Positions 39,730-50,668 of a stretch of DNA of 64,000 nt are shown in pieces (position 1 is the stretch's first letter; every line of letters starts with the position of its first letter). Source of the stretch: an uncultured cyanobacterium (GTDB taxonomy: Bacteria; Cyanobacteriota; Cyanobacteriia; CAKZMO01). The position numbers were made by a program, and so were the translations under genes. The DNA lies in assembly GCA_963719515.1 (NCBI GenBank), contig CAVRCJ010000003.1, positions 736,001 through 800,000 on the forward strand, written 5' to 3'. The notes beneath the pieces were generated by a model. It was not told the origin of the DNA. It worked only from the letters and a program-made list of their open reading frames with translations, and did not search any database.

Positions 39730-41346
39730 ATGCCCCAAGACCTACAGCACGAGGTAGAGACCCGGCGCAACTTCGCCATCATCTCCCACCCCGACGCCGG
39801 AAAAACTACGCTCACCGAAAAGCTGCTGCTCTATGGAGGCGCTATCCACGAGGCCGGGGCCGTCAAAGCGCGGCGGGCCCAGCGCCACGCCACCTCAGAC
39901 TGGATGAAAATGGAGCAGCAGCGGGGCATCTCCATCACCTCCACCGTGCTGCAGTTTAGCTACGACGACTATCAGATCAACCTGCTAGACACCCCCGGCC
40001 ACCAGGACTTTAGCGAAGACACCTACCGCACCCTAGCCGCCGCCGACAACGCGGTGATGCTCGAAGACGCCGCTAAGGGCCTAGAGCCGCAGACCCGAAA
40101 GCTGTTCGAGGTCTGCCGGATGCGATCGCTGCCCATCTTCACCTTCTTCAACAAGATGGACCGTCCGGGCCGCGAGCCGCTGGAGCTGCTGGACGAGATT
40201 GAGCAGGAACTGGGGCTGCAGACCTACGCAGTCAACTGGCCCATCGGCATGGGGGACTACTTCAAAGGGGTGTTTGACCGGCGCAAGCGGCAGATTCACC
40301 TGTTTGAGCGGTCGGCCCACGGCACCCGCGAGGCCGCAGAGACGGTTATCGACCTGGGCGACCCGCGCATTGAAGAGCTGCTGGACAAAGACCTCTACTA
40401 CCAGATGAAGGAGGAGATCGAGCTGCTGGACGAGGTGGCTGCAGATCTAGACCTAGACCTGGTGCATCAAGGGAAGATGACCCCCGTGTTCTTCGGCAGC
40501 GCCATGACCAACTTCGGCGTGGAGCTGTTTCTAGAATCGTTCTTGGACTACGGCCTCAAGCCCACGCCCCACACCAGCAGCCAGGGCGAAATTCTCCCCA
40601 CCTACGACGACTTCACTGGCTTCGTCTTCAAGCTGCAGGCCAACATGGACCCCAAGCACCGCGATCGCGTCGCCTTTATTCGCGTGTGCTCCGGCAAGTT
40701 TGAGAAGGACATGGTGGTCAACCACGCCCGCACCGGCAAGCCCGTGCGCCTGTCCCACCCGCAAAAGCTGTTTGGCCAGGGACGCGAGTCACTGTCTGAG
40801 GCCTACCCCGGCGACGTCATCGGCCTCAACAACCCCGGCGTGTTTGCCATCGGCGACACCATCTACCAGGGCAAGCAGCTGGAGTACGAGGGCATCCCCT
40901 GCTTCTCACCAGAGCTGTTCGCCTTTTTGCGCAACCCCAACCCCTCTAAGTTCAAGCAGTTTCGCAAAGGCGTGAACGAGCTGCGGGAGGAGGGGGCCGT
41001 GCAGATTATGTATTCCACCGACGAGTCGAAGCGCGACCCGATTTTGGCGGCGGTGGGGCAGCTGCAGTTTGAGGTGGTGCAGTTCCGCCTGGAGAACGAG
41101 TACGGCGTGGAAACTCTAACGGAGATGCTGCCCCACAGCGTGGCCCGCTGGGTGACCGGCGGCTGGGAAGCCCTGGAGAAGGCGGGGCGACTGTTCAACA
41201 CCGCCACGGTGAAGGACAGCTGGGGCCGCCCGGTGCTGCTGTTCCGCAATGAGTGGAACTGCCGCCAAGTGGAGGGGGACCACCCGGAGCTGAAGCTGAG
41301 CAACACGGCTCCGGTGGTGTCGGGGCAGGAGCCCGACTCGCTGTAG
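39730..41346 (+). CDS. prfC: Peptide chain release factor 3
   Basis: [38 protein letters not shown]. Confidence 0.97.
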   Translation: MPQDLQHEVETRRNFAIISHPDAGKTTLTEKLLLYGGAIHEAGAVKARRAQRHATSDWMKMEQQRGISITSTVLQFSYDDYQINLLDTPGHQDFSEDTYRTLAAADNAVMLEDAAKGLEPQTRKLFEVCRMRSLPIFTFFNKMDRPGREPLELLDEIEQELGLQTYAVNWPIGMGDYFKGVFDRRKRQIHLFERSAHGTREAAETVIDLGDPRIEELLDKDLYYQMKEEIELLDEVAADLDLDLVHQGKMTPVFFGSAMTNFGVELFLESFLDYGLKPTPHTSSQGEILPTYDDFTGFVFKLQANMDPKHRDRVAFIRVCSGKFEKDMVVNHARTGKPVRLSHPQKLFGQGRESLSEAYPGDVIGLNNPGVFAIGDTIYQGKQLEYEGIPCFSPELFAFLRNPNPSKFKQFRKGVNELREEGAVQIMYSTDESKRDPILAAVGQLQFEVVQFRLENEYGVETLTEMLPHSVARWVTGGWEALEKAGRLFNTATVKDSWGRPVLLFRNEWNCRQVEGDHPELKLSNTAPVVSGQEPDSL

Positions 41347-41354
41347 AGGCAGGC

Positions 41355-41726
41355 TTACTTCAGCGTCAGCGCCGCCACCGCCAAGCAGCCCCAGCCCACC
41401 AAAAACGCGACGCCCCCTAAGGGCGTTATGGCCCCCAGCACTTTGACGCCCGATAGGCTGAGGCCATAGAGACTGCCGGAAAACAGCGCCACCCCGACAA
41501 CAAAGGCAATGCCTGCCGCTGAGAGCCACAGGCTGGCCCCGTTGCGCAGCAGCAGCGCCACCAGCATCAGGGCTAAAGCGTGGTACATCTGGTAGCGGGC
41601 TCCCGTCTCAAAAATTTCTAGGGCGCGATCGCTGAGCTGCGCTTTGAGGGCATGGGAGGCAAACGCACCCCCCGCGACAGACAGGCCGCCCAATACAGCG
41701 GCGATCGCCAAAAAGAGTTGGGCCAT
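41355..41726 (-). CDS. DUF423 membrane protein
   Basis: GAFASH, YQMYH, FSGSLY, GAITPLGG. Confidence 0.92.
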   Translation of the reverse strand: MAQLFLAIAAVLGGLSVAGGAFASHALKAQLSDRALEIFETGARYQMYHALALMLVALLLRNGASLWLSAAGIAFVVGVALFSGSLYGLSLSGVKVLGAITPLGGVAFLVGWGCLAVAALTLK

Positions 41727-41774
41727 GGGTTATCCTCAATCTTGGTAACTTCGATTGTAAGGGGGCCAACCCAG

Positions 41775-42455
41775 ATGACCGCTACGACCGTCAAACTCTA
41801 CGAACTTGCGGGCGAGAGCGATGATTACCGCTTTAGCCCTTACTGCTGGCGGACACGGCTGGCACTGGCCCACAAAGGAATTGCGGTGGACTCCGTGCCC
41901 TGGCGGTTTACCGAGAAAGATGCGATCGCCTTCTCTGGTCAGGGCAAGGTGCCGGTGCTGGTGGATGGCGAATGCACCGTGAACGATTCGTGGGCGATCG
42001 CGGAATACCTGGATAACGCCTATCCTGAGAACTCGGTGTTAGGCAATTCAACAACTCAAGCCCTGTGCTACTTCATCAAATGCTGGGATGAAACCGCGTT
42101 GTCGAGAGCTTTAGTCCCGGTAATTCTACTGAATGTCTTTAACCATTTGCACCCCAAAGATAAAGCGTACTTCCGCGAAAGCCGAGAAGCGCAAATTGGT
42201 CAGTCTTTAGAGAGTTTTTCGGCAGACTTAGAGGCGAAGCTAGATCTATTTCGCAAGACCTTGTCCCCCGTACGGCGCACCCTACAAAATCAGCCCTTCA
42301 TCGCGGGTTCGGCCCCTAAATTTGCGGACCACATTGTTATGGCGCGACTACAAATGGCGCGCGTGACGTCGCCCCTGCCGCCAATTACCGAAGATGACCC
42401 TATATTTGACTGGCAGCAGCGGATGGTAGAGCGCTACCCTGTTCTCGAGCTTTAG
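41775..42455 (+). CDS. Glutathione S-transferase family (beta-etherase-like)
   Basis: FSPYCWRTRLALAHKG, GKVPVL, DSWAIAEYLD. Confidence 0.88.
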   Translation: MTATTVKLYELAGESDDYRFSPYCWRTRLALAHKGIAVDSVPWRFTEKDAIAFSGQGKVPVLVDGECTVNDSWAIAEYLDNAYPENSVLGNSTTQALCYFIKCWDETALSRALVPVILLNVFNHLHPKDKAYFRESREAQIGQSLESFSADLEAKLDLFRKTLSPVRRTLQNQPFIAGSAPKFADHIVMARLQMARVTSPLPPITEDDPIFDWQQRMVERYPVLEL

Positions 42456-42652
42456 CCCGCGTCCCGCCAAACCTAAAGCCCGAGCAGAAACTCAGGCGAT
42501 CGCCGTAAATCCCTGTCCTTTGGGCAGCCGTCGGCCTCTGTGACATTCAGGGGCTTTTTTTGCAGTCAAACTTGCGAATGTAAGCATTTATAGAGATTAG
42601 TTGCGAGGAAAATACGATACGTGACAACATGGTTAAAGTTACAGTCAAATCA

Positions 42653-42698
42653 AAATCTTTCTTAATTAACATTAATGATCGTTAATTAAGAATGATTT
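42653..42698. promoter_or_regulatory. 18-bp AT-rich inverted repeat upstream of the photosensor kinase
   Basis: aaatctttcttaattaac -10 nt- gttaattaagaatgattt (17/18). Confidence 0.55.
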
Positions 42699-42877
42699 AG
42701 TAACGAAACTGCCAAGGAGCTGGCCATAGGTAAACGGTGTCGGGGGATTGTCCTCCGGCGGGGGGCGAACCCTCAAGCAGCGTCGCGTTTATTTGTGGTC
42801 TTCGACTTAATTCTCAACCGAGTAAGGGTTAGAAATCACCGGAGTCTTGAATCGGCGATCGCTTCTGGAGCTTATCG

Positions 42878-45800
42878 ATGAACGTGCTGATTGTAGAAGA
42901 CGATCAAAATATAGCCTGTACTCTAGAGCATTTGTTCTCCAGCGCCTGTCGTGCTGTAGACGTTCTCTCTAGTGAGGAAGCGGGCAGGCTACAGCTCACG
43001 AGGGCCTTTGACTACAGCCTGATAGTGCTGGACGTCACGCTAGCCCAGCCCGATGGAATTAGCCTGTGTCAGCGGCTGCGGGCTCAAGGGTCTCAGGTGC
43101 CCATTTTGTTTTTGACCGGGCAAGCGGGAGACCACCTAAACCTCTCTTTCCCGAACACAGACAGGGATGACGCTATTGCCAAACCCTTCACGGCAGAGGA
43201 TCTGATGGCCCGGGCAAATGCCCTGCTTCACTCGGGAAAGGCGAAGCCACCTGCTGAAGCCGACGGGGCGCAGACTCTTTTAAGCAAGCTACAGGCGACT
43301 GAGACACAGCTGAGGCAGCAAACCGAACGCCTGCAGCTCGCCCAGGAAACCATCAAGGGAGAACGGCAGCGCTACCAAGCGCTTCAGCAGCGGGACCATC
43401 AAAGGCAGGTTTTATTTGACTACCTTGAAGCTGAGCGCCAGCAGGCGGAGAGTCACCGTCAGCAGCAGTGGGAGCGGGAGCGCCTAATTACCGAGATCAC
43501 GCGCTCAATTCGGGAGACGCTAGATCTAGAAAAGATTTTGCAGTCAGCGGCAGACCAAGTGCGCCATCTGCTGCAAACCGATCGGGTGGTTGTCTTCCGC
43601 CTCCAGGCCAACCAACAGGGCATTGTCGAATCTGAGTCGGTGGCCCCAGGTTGGCCCTCAATGCTGTCGACCATCATTCGAGACTCTTGCTTCAGTGAGC
43701 GCTATACCCAGCTGTATCGCCGAGGCCGGGTAAGTGCGATCGCGGATATATACAAGGCAGGCTTTAAAACCTGTCATGTCGACCTGCTCGAGACCTTTGA
43801 GATCCGGGCAAACTTGGTGGTTCCCATCTTGCAGGAGGACGCGCTGTGGGGCCTGCTGGTTGCGCACCAATGCTCAGCCCCCCGGCAGTGGGACCCCGAA
43901 CATACCCAGCTGCTGCTGCTGGCTGCGGCGCAGCTGGGTATCGCCATTCAGCAGGCTGAGCTTTATCAGCAGGCGCAGCGCGAACTCCTCGAACGCCGCC
44001 AGGCGCAGGCGGCCCTATTGGAGAGCGAGGAGCGGTTTCGCTCTCTGGCGGCCTTTGCCCCGGTTGGCATCTACCAAACCGACGTGGAAGGGCGCTGCCT
44101 CTACACCAATTCACGCTGGCAGGAAATCGCGGGGTTGTCCTTTGAGGAGAGCCTTGGGGAGGGCTGGGCGCGCGGCCTTCACCCTGACGATCGCCCCAAA
44201 GTTTTTGAGGCTTGGAATCATTTTGTTCACGAGGGGCAGCCATTTTCGCTAGAGTTTCGCTTTTTGAGCCCCCAAGGCGACGAGCGCTGGATGTATGGCT
44301 GCGCCACGGCGATATACTCAACGGCGGGGCAGGTGGTGGGCTATGTCGGGGTCAATGAAGATATCAGCGATCGCAAGCAGGCTGAGCGAAAGATCACAGA
44401 GCAGGCGGCCTTAATCGACATCGCGACGGACGCCATCTTTGTTCGCGACTTGGAAGATCGAATCGTATTTTGGAGCCAGGGGGCAGAGCGGCTGTACGGC
44501 TGGAGTGGTGACCAAGCCCTCGGGAAAATTGCCCACAAGCTATTTGGCAAAGCCGCAGAATCGATTATTGACTGCGTACTTGAGACCGTTATCAGCGAAG
44601 GCTACTGGCAAGGAGAGCTGACCCAAGGGACCCAATCAGGCGGCACCATTGTGGTGGAGAGCCGCTGGACCTTGATGAGAGATTCGGCGGGAGCGCCCCA
44701 GTCGCTCCTCGTGGTCAATACCGACATCACCGAGAAGAAGCAGCTGGAATCTCAGTTTTACAGGGCGCAGCGGTTAGAGAGCCTGGGCAGACTGGCCAGC
44801 GGTATCGCCCACGACCTCAACAATGTCCTCACTCCAGTTTTGGCGATCGCCCAACTCCTGCGGCTCACTCGGAAAAATTTAGACGCCGAAACCCAGGATC
44901 ATCTGGAATTGATCGAGCGGAGCGCCAAGCGGGGCGCTGCCATGGTCAAGCAAATTTTGACCTTTGCGCGGGGGAGCTACGAAGAGCCTGCTGCCGTTGC
45001 GCTACCGCCGCTGCTAGAAGAAGTGGCCACGATGGCCCGACAAAGTTTTCCCAGGGCCATCGAGATTCGCTGCGATTTTCCATCGTCAGAATCAAACGCG
45101 ATCAAAGCAGTCTGGGCCGACGCAACCCAGCTGCACCAGGTGTTTATGAACCTCTGCACCAATGCCCGGGACGCCATGCCCGACGGGGGGACGCTCACCC
45201 TCTCCGCTAGGCCGGTGGTGGTGGACCAAGCGATCGCTCGGGTAAACTTAGGCCTTGAGGTCGGAAGCTACGTTGTGGTTACCGTCACGGATACGGGGGT
45301 GGGCATTGCCTCCGAAGTGCGCGAGCGGATGTTTGAGCCCTTTTTTACAACCAAAGAGACGGGACAGGGGACGGGGTTGGGCCTGGCAACGACCCTCGGC
45401 ATCATCAAGCATTACGGCGGATTTTTGCAGGTCTTTAGCGAGGTGGGAAAAGGGACGCAAATTAAAGTTTATTTGCCTACCACCGAGCCCATATCGACAG
45501 AATCTAGCGCCCTACCGGAATCTACAAACGGAAATGGACGGTGCATTCTGGTGGTAGATGACGATGGTGTCGTCCAGCACAGCACGCGATCGCTTTTGGA
45601 AAACCACGGCTACACCACGGTGGGGGCCAGCGATGGGGTGGAGGCGATCGCCTACTACACCCAGCACAAAAGCAACGTCAAGGGCATTGTGATGGACGTG
45701 ATGATGCCGAATATGGGGGGCATCCCTTTGATCGAGGAGATCAGGGCTATTGACCCAACGGTCAAGATTATGGCGGTCAGCGGACTGGCGACAAACCTGG

Positions 45801-45895
45801 AGCCCGCGTTGGCCGCCGGGGCACACGTCTTTTTGACCAAGCCCTACGCGCTAGACAAGTTTTTGACCCAGCTCAGCAATTTGCTCCAAGACTAG
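42878..45895 (+). CDS. Hybrid histidine kinase REC-GAF(cyanobacteriochrome)-PAS-PAS-HisKA-HATPase-REC
   Basis: LLQTDRV, DSCF and CH in GAF; IAHDLNN; DTGVG, GTGLGL; terminal REC domains. Confidence 0.92.
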   Translation: MNVLIVEDDQNIACTLEHLFSSACRAVDVLSSEEAGRLQLTRAFDYSLIVLDVTLAQPDGISLCQRLRAQGSQVPILFLTGQAGDHLNLSFPNTDRDDAIAKPFTAEDLMARANALLHSGKAKPPAEADGAQTLLSKLQATETQLRQQTERLQLAQETIKGERQRYQALQQRDHQRQVLFDYLEAERQQAESHRQQQWERERLITEITRSIRETLDLEKILQSAADQVRHLLQTDRVVVFRLQANQQGIVESESVAPGWPSMLSTIIRDSCFSERYTQLYRRGRVSAIADIYKAGFKTCHVDLLETFEIRANLVVPILQEDALWGLLVAHQCSAPRQWDPEHTQLLLLAAAQLGIAIQQAELYQQAQRELLERRQAQAALLESEERFRSLAAFAPVGIYQTDVEGRCLYTNSRWQEIAGLSFEESLGEGWARGLHPDDRPKVFEAWNHFVHEGQPFSLEFRFLSPQGDERWMYGCATAIYSTAGQVVGYVGVNEDISDRKQAERKITEQAALIDIATDAIFVRDLEDRIVFWSQGAERLYGWSGDQALGKIAHKLFGKAAESIIDCVLETVISEGYWQGELTQGTQSGGTIVVESRWTLMRDSAGAPQSLLVVNTDITEKKQLESQFYRAQRLESLGRLASGIAHDLNNVLTPVLAIAQLLRLTRKNLDAETQDHLELIERSAKRGAAMVKQILTFARGSYEEPAAVALPPLLEEVATMARQSFPRAIEIRCDFPSSESNAIKAVWADATQLHQVFMNLCTNARDAMPDGGTLTLSARPVVVDQAIARVNLGLEVGSYVVVTVTDTGVGIASEVRERMFEPFFTTKETGQGTGLGLATTLGIIKHYGGFLQVFSEVGKGTQIKVYLPTTEPISTESSALPESTNGNGRCILVVDDDGVVQHSTRSLLENHGYTTVGASDGVEAIAYYTQHKSNVKGIVMDVMMPNMGGIPLIEEIRAIDPTVKIMAVSGLATNLEPALAAGAHVFLTKPYALDKFLTQLSNLLQD

Positions 45896-45904
45896 CTGAC
45901 ACTC

Positions 45905-47290
45905 TTAGCTTGCCGTCAGCGCCGCTTCAGTCAAGGCTGAGGCGGTAACCCTATGCTGTCGCTTCCAGCTCGCCAGATCTTCAAGGGCGCGATCGCGGTA
46001 CTGGCCGTAGCGCTCCTGCTTTTTGCGGACGCGCTGCGGCAGTTCTGGAATGATGCCAAAGTTGGGCGGCATGGGCTGGAAGTGCTTGGGTTCAGCGGCG
46101 CTGATGAATCCGAATAGCGCCCCCATCATGGTGGTGTGGGGCAGAGAGAGCGGCTGTTGCCCCCGCACCACCCGCGCTGCGTTGGTGCCCGCCAGCCAGC
46201 CGCCAGCCGACGCGGCGGTGTAGCCCTCCGTGCCCACCAGCTGCCCTGCCGCCAGCAGGGTAGGCCTGTTGTGAAACTGCAGCGCCGAAGAGAGGAGCTG
46301 GGGCGAATTGATGAAGGTGTTGCGGTGCATCACCCCCATGCGCACAAACTCAGCGTTCTCTAGACCCGGAATCAGGCGGAAAACTCGCTTTTGCTCCCCC
46401 CAGCGAAGATTCGTCTGAAAGCCCACCATGTTCCACAGCTGCCCTGCTTTATCTTCCTGGCGCAGCTGCACCACGGCATAGGGCCGCAGATGGCGGTTTT
46501 CGGGGGCGCTGAAGTCGCCAAGCCGGGCATCGAACAGGCCCACGGGCTTGAGCGGGCCATAGCGCATAGTGTCTTCGCCGCGACGGCCCATCTCTTCAAT
46601 CGGCAAGCAGCCCTCGAAAAATTTAGCGGTCTCCAGCTCGAAGTCCTTTAGCTCCGCCTGCTCCGCTCCGCAGAGCGCCTCTCGAAAGGTTCGGTACTGC
46701 TCCGGGGTCATGGGGCAGTTGAGGTAGGCCGCTTCGCCGCGATCGTAGCGGGAGGCGAGGAAGGCCACTTCGCGATCGATGCTGTCGCCCACCACGATGG
46801 GGCTGGCGGCGTCGAAGAAGCTCATGTACTCCAAGCCGGTGAACCGCTGCAGGTCTTCGGCCAGGCTTTGCGTGGTGAGCGGGCCGGTGGTGAGCACGAC
46901 GACACCATCATCGGGGATGCGATGAATTTCTCCGCGCCGCAGCTCGACAAGGGGATGGGCGGCCAGGGTACGGGTGAGTTCAGCACTAAACACCGCTCGG
47001 TCTACGGCTAGCGCTCCCCCCGCTGGGACCCGGTGCTCGTCGGCTTTGCCAATAACGATAGAGCCCAGCTGCCGCAGCTCTTCGTGGAGTAAGCCGGAAG
47101 CGCGATCGCTCGATTGGGCTCCGAAAGAGTTGCTGCACACCAGCTCCGCTAGGTGCTCGGTATGGTGGGCCGGGCTGAGGCGCTGGGGCCGCATTTCGTG
47201 CAGGACGACGGGGACGCCCGCTTGGGCTACCTGCCAGGCGGCTTCTGTTCCCGCAAGGCCACCGCCGATGACGTGAATGGGCTGCACCAT
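45905..47290 (-). CDS. trmFO: FADH2-oxidizing tRNA (uracil-54) methyltransferase
   Basis: [32 protein letters not shown]. Confidence 0.96.
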   Translation of the reverse strand: MVQPIHVIGGGLAGTEAAWQVAQAGVPVVLHEMRPQRLSPAHHTEHLAELVCSNSFGAQSSDRASGLLHEELRQLGSIVIGKADEHRVPAGGALAVDRAVFSAELTRTLAAHPLVELRRGEIHRIPDDGVVVLTTGPLTTQSLAEDLQRFTGLEYMSFFDAASPIVVGDSIDREVAFLASRYDRGEAAYLNCPMTPEQYRTFREALCGAEQAELKDFELETAKFFEGCLPIEEMGRRGEDTMRYGPLKPVGLFDARLGDFSAPENRHLRPYAVVQLRQEDKAGQLWNMVGFQTNLRWGEQKRVFRLIPGLENAEFVRMGVMHRNTFINSPQLLSSALQFHNRPTLLAAGQLVGTEGYTAASAGGWLAGTNAARVVRGQQPLSLPHTTMMGALFGFISAAEPKHFQPMPPNFGIIPELPQRVRKKQERYGQYRDRALEDLASWKRQHRVTASALTEAALTAS

Positions 47291-47410
47291 TTTCTCTATA
47301 TGCCTAGATAGTGACGTGACGGGATTCTCTCTGTTGGGCGACGAAAGCAGACCTGAAAACCCTGGACAATGGTTTTGGCTGTTCTTTCGTACACGTTAGC
47401 ACCCCCCATT

Positions 47411-48704
47411 ATGGCACTGTTCAAAATAGGCGATCGCGTTCCAGACTATGAAAATCAGTACCTCAATGGCAGAGCGGTCAAGGGTGTTGCCGTTTACGCT
47501 AATGATGAAAAAGTCGGCAGCGCTCACGACCTTTTAGTGGATGATGACGGTCGAATTCGCTATTTAGTCATCGACACTGGATTTTGGATTTTTGGGAAGA
47601 AAGTGCTGCTGCCCATTGGGCACTGCGAGGATGTAGCAGAGAGCGATCGCATCCACGCCAACGGGCTCACCGAAGCGCAGGTAGAAAATCTGCCGGCATA
47701 TTATGACGAGCTTGTAGTAGACGATGACTACGAAAAGCGGGTGCGCTCAGCTTACCGAACGGCGACGGCAGACCAACCTGCCTCTGAGAATGATCATAAT
47801 GACCCTATTGCGCCGGAGACTCACGAACGGGAGGCAGATGCAGACGCCACGGGGGATGATGGGTCTCGTCGGCTGCGTCTATATGAGGAGCGGCTTGTCG
47901 CGCACAAGCGTCGTCAGAAGACGGGCGAAGTTAAAGTGAGCAAGCGCGTCGTGACAGAGCAGGTTGAAGGCTCTGTGCCCCTGTATAAAGAGAAGATTAT
48001 TATCGAAATCGAGTCGTTTCCCGGCATGACCCAGGTCAACGTCGCGGGGAGGACGGTCGAGACGGGCAGTGGCGCCCGCGCCGATCTGTACGCTGACGAA
48101 CTCGAAATTCGCAAAGAAGCGGTGGTTCGCCAAGAGGTCACAATCCGCAAAGAGATCGACGAAGAGGTGGTGACCGTAAGCGACACCGTGCGGCGAGAAG
48201 AGATAGAGGTGTACCAAGAGGGCGTATCTGAGGTTGACGGTGTTGACCGTGAAGCCTCACAGACAAGGTCTAGCGCTTCCGAAGCACCCCCCGCTTCCCA
48301 GACGACGAGCAGCGCGCCTCAAAAAACGAGCAGCGCGCCCCATCGATCGACCACCGCGCCTCAAACCGCCTATTTAATCTTTAATCCGGCTGCGGGTCAG
48401 GGAGACCCCGAGCAAGAGCTTGGCGTGATTCGATCGGCGCTTGAGCCTGAGATGACGCTCAATATTCATGAGACAACGCCAGAGGTCGGTGCCGATCAGC
48501 TCGCGCATCAGGCTCTGGAGGCGGGTGCGGAAGCGGTCTTGGTGTCTGGCGGTGACGGGACGATCTCTTCCGCTGCCAACGCTGTGGTGGGCCGCGACGT
48601 CCCGCTCGGCATCATTTCCCGAGGAACCGCAAACGCCTTTGCTAATGCCTTAGGTCTGTCTGAAAATATTGAAGAGGCTTGCCAAACCATTCTTCGAGGC
48701 ACGA
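47411..48704 (+). pseudogene. PRC-barrel + DUF2382 fused to the N-terminal half of a YegS/DAGK-type lipid kinase, disrupted by an IS200/IS605 derivative
   Basis: RYLVIDTGFWIFGKKVLLP; RLYEERL; LIFNPAAGQG, SGGDGT, GTANAFA; homology stops at the element edge. Confidence 0.75.
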
Positions 48705-49096
48705 GTGACATCCTCCCGACGCTGACAGCAAGCTGTACAGCGCGGGCTTCCTCAGTGACTCCCAGCTATTGCCGAGACATATCCTGAGATAGGTTTATAC
48801 TCCGCCTGATGCCCCACGGCAGAGTTTTGAATTTTCATCTCCGCGAGGGAGGATACGCACTATGTGTCGCAGATACATTTGCAAACTGAGGAACGGGTAA
48901 CTTGCAGCTTTCGCCTACGGGCCCGTCACACTCTTTGCGGGGTGTATCACCTTGCTATCTCTATCATACCAACTGCTAGCCTCAGCGCTGAGCGCACTAT
49001 CCGCTGTGCATCATTTTGCGGGCGCACTTCGGCTAGCGCGACTCTCATCCCGACGCTCACCCTGACGGGTAGAGCGCGGGGCTTCCTGTCTAGTAG
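48705..49096 (-). mobile_element. Non-autonomous IS200/IS605-family element (no tnpA/tnpB)
   Basis: Two related subterminal hairpins ggaagccc(c)gcgct...agcgtcggga; right end reads GGAGGATGTCAC on minus strand; left boundary approximate. Confidence 0.75.
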
Positions 49097-49186
49097 CTAA
49101 CCATTTTTGCGCCGGACGAGGCTGCCCCGGAGCCTCGTGAAAGCATTGAGCAATTGCCGAACGCCAAGGTCAGGGAGAAGGCTTAA
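49097..49186 (+). pseudogene. Orphan C-terminal tail of the lipid kinase
   Basis: LTIFAPDEAAPEPRESIEQLPNAKVREKA* resembles the C-terminus of cyanobacterial YegS-family proteins (from memory). Confidence 0.5.
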
Positions 49187-49295
49187 CAGCTGACGTTTTG
49201 GGCGCTTTGGGTTCAGCCCAGGCGATGTTGCTGTAGACCGTAACCCAGCTGTTTGCCCAATGAGTATTGCGTGAAGGCCACGATCGCTTTTGGGC

Positions 49296-50276
49296 CTAAG
49301 CCACTCCAGCCTTGAACACCCGGCCAATGACCTCTTCCACCGGGGGGTCCGTCACGGTTAAATCCACCACCGCCAGCTCCGCCAGCAGGCGGGCCACCGT
49401 CTCCGTGAGGCGATCGCGCCGTACGATAAACCGGGCCACGCAGCCGTCTAGCGACTCTAGCTCTCCGTAGGGCTGCAGCTGCGCCGACTCGCAGCCCTGC
49501 GCCAGCTCTACTTTCACCGCCCGGTAGGGAGCAAAGCGCTCTAGCAGGTCGTTCAGCCCGCCGTCGTAGATCAGCTCCCCCTCATAAATCAGCATGACGC
49601 GATCGCAGAGCGCCGTGATGTCGGCCATGTAGTGGCTGGTCAGCAGCACCGTCGCGCCGTACTGCTGGTTGTACTGCCTCAAAAAGTCCCGCACGCTGGA
49701 CTGGGCGTTGACGTCGAGACCGAGAGTGGGTTCATCCAAAAACAGCACCTTGGGGTGGTGCAGCAGGGCCGCCAGCAGCTCGGCCTTCATCCGCTCTCCT
49801 AGGGAGAGCTTGCGTACCGGCTGGTTGAGCTTTTCCCCTAAGTCGAGCAGTTCCGTCAGCTCCCCGAGCCGCCTGCGAAACTCGCCGTCGGGAATGTCGT
49901 AAATGGCGGCGTTGATGCGCAAGGAGTCTAGGGTGGGCAAGTCCCAAATCAGCTGCTGCTTTTGCCCCATCACTAGGGTGATGTTGTGCAAGAAGCTGGG
50001 GGTGCGGCGGAAGGGCACCTGGCCCGCCACCTGCACCTGGCCTCCGGAGGGATGAATGAGCCCGGTGAGCATTTTGAGCGTGGTGGTTTTGCCTGCGCCG
50101 TTGGGGCCGAGGAAGCCCACCACTTCCCCCGGCTCGATGGAAAAGGTGACCTGCTTGACGGCCTGTACCTGGCGATAGCGGCGCTTGAAAAAGTGGGATA
50201 GGGTGCCCTTTAAGCCCGGATCTTTGATGGGGACGGGGTAGGTTTTGCTGAGCTGGTGGGCCTCGATGATGGCCAT
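49296..50276 (-). CDS. ABC-2 type transporter ATP-binding protein
   Basis: GPNGAGKTT, LSLGERMK, FLDEPT, SH. Confidence 0.92.
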   Translation of the reverse strand: MAIIEAHQLSKTYPVPIKDPGLKGTLSHFFKRRYRQVQAVKQVTFSIEPGEVVGFLGPNGAGKTTTLKMLTGLIHPSGGQVQVAGQVPFRRTPSFLHNITLVMGQKQQLIWDLPTLDSLRINAAIYDIPDGEFRRRLGELTELLDLGEKLNQPVRKLSLGERMKAELLAALLHHPKVLFLDEPTLGLDVNAQSSVRDFLRQYNQQYGATVLLTSHYMADITALCDRVMLIYEGELIYDGGLNDLLERFAPYRAVKVELAQGCESAQLQPYGELESLDGCVARFIVRRDRLTETVARLLAELAVVDLTVTDPPVEEVIGRVFKAGVA

Positions 50277-50359
50277 GGTGATGCCTTCCGGGAGGGGGTA
50301 TTTATGATCATAGCCCCCTGCCGTTGGCGTCTCTCCGGAGGGGACCCTGGACATTTTGG

Positions 50360-50668
50360 CTAGCGGGCTATCTCTAGGGAGCGCAGCCGCATCAAGTAAA
50401 ACAGCACCTGCCCCTGACTCTGGGTGATGTGAACGCCGCTGGGGCCAATCTCAATAGGGCCGGTCCACCTGACTGGCTCGACATAGCGCTTCAGGTGCAG
50501 CCGGTAGATGGTTTCGCGGACGCCTTCAGGGGAGCCGATGAGGATGTGGCGGACAACTTCGCTGCTGGGGCCAGGGTCGGGGGGGGTGAGCAGGGTGGGA
50601 GCGGCCTCTGTGGCCAGCATGTCAGGTGCGGCCTCGGGTTGAGGCAGCTCAGGATATAGAAATGTCAT
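50360..50668 (-). CDS. Cyanobacterial small hypothetical protein (RH..IGSPEGV..I..LH family)
   Basis: Intact ORF; clear paralog at 23157-23522. Confidence 0.85.
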   Translation of the reverse strand: MTFLYPELPQPEAAPDMLATEAAPTLLTPPDPGPSSEVVRHILIGSPEGVRETIYRLHLKRYVEPVRWTGPIEIGPSGVHITQSQGQVLFYLMRLRSLEIAR

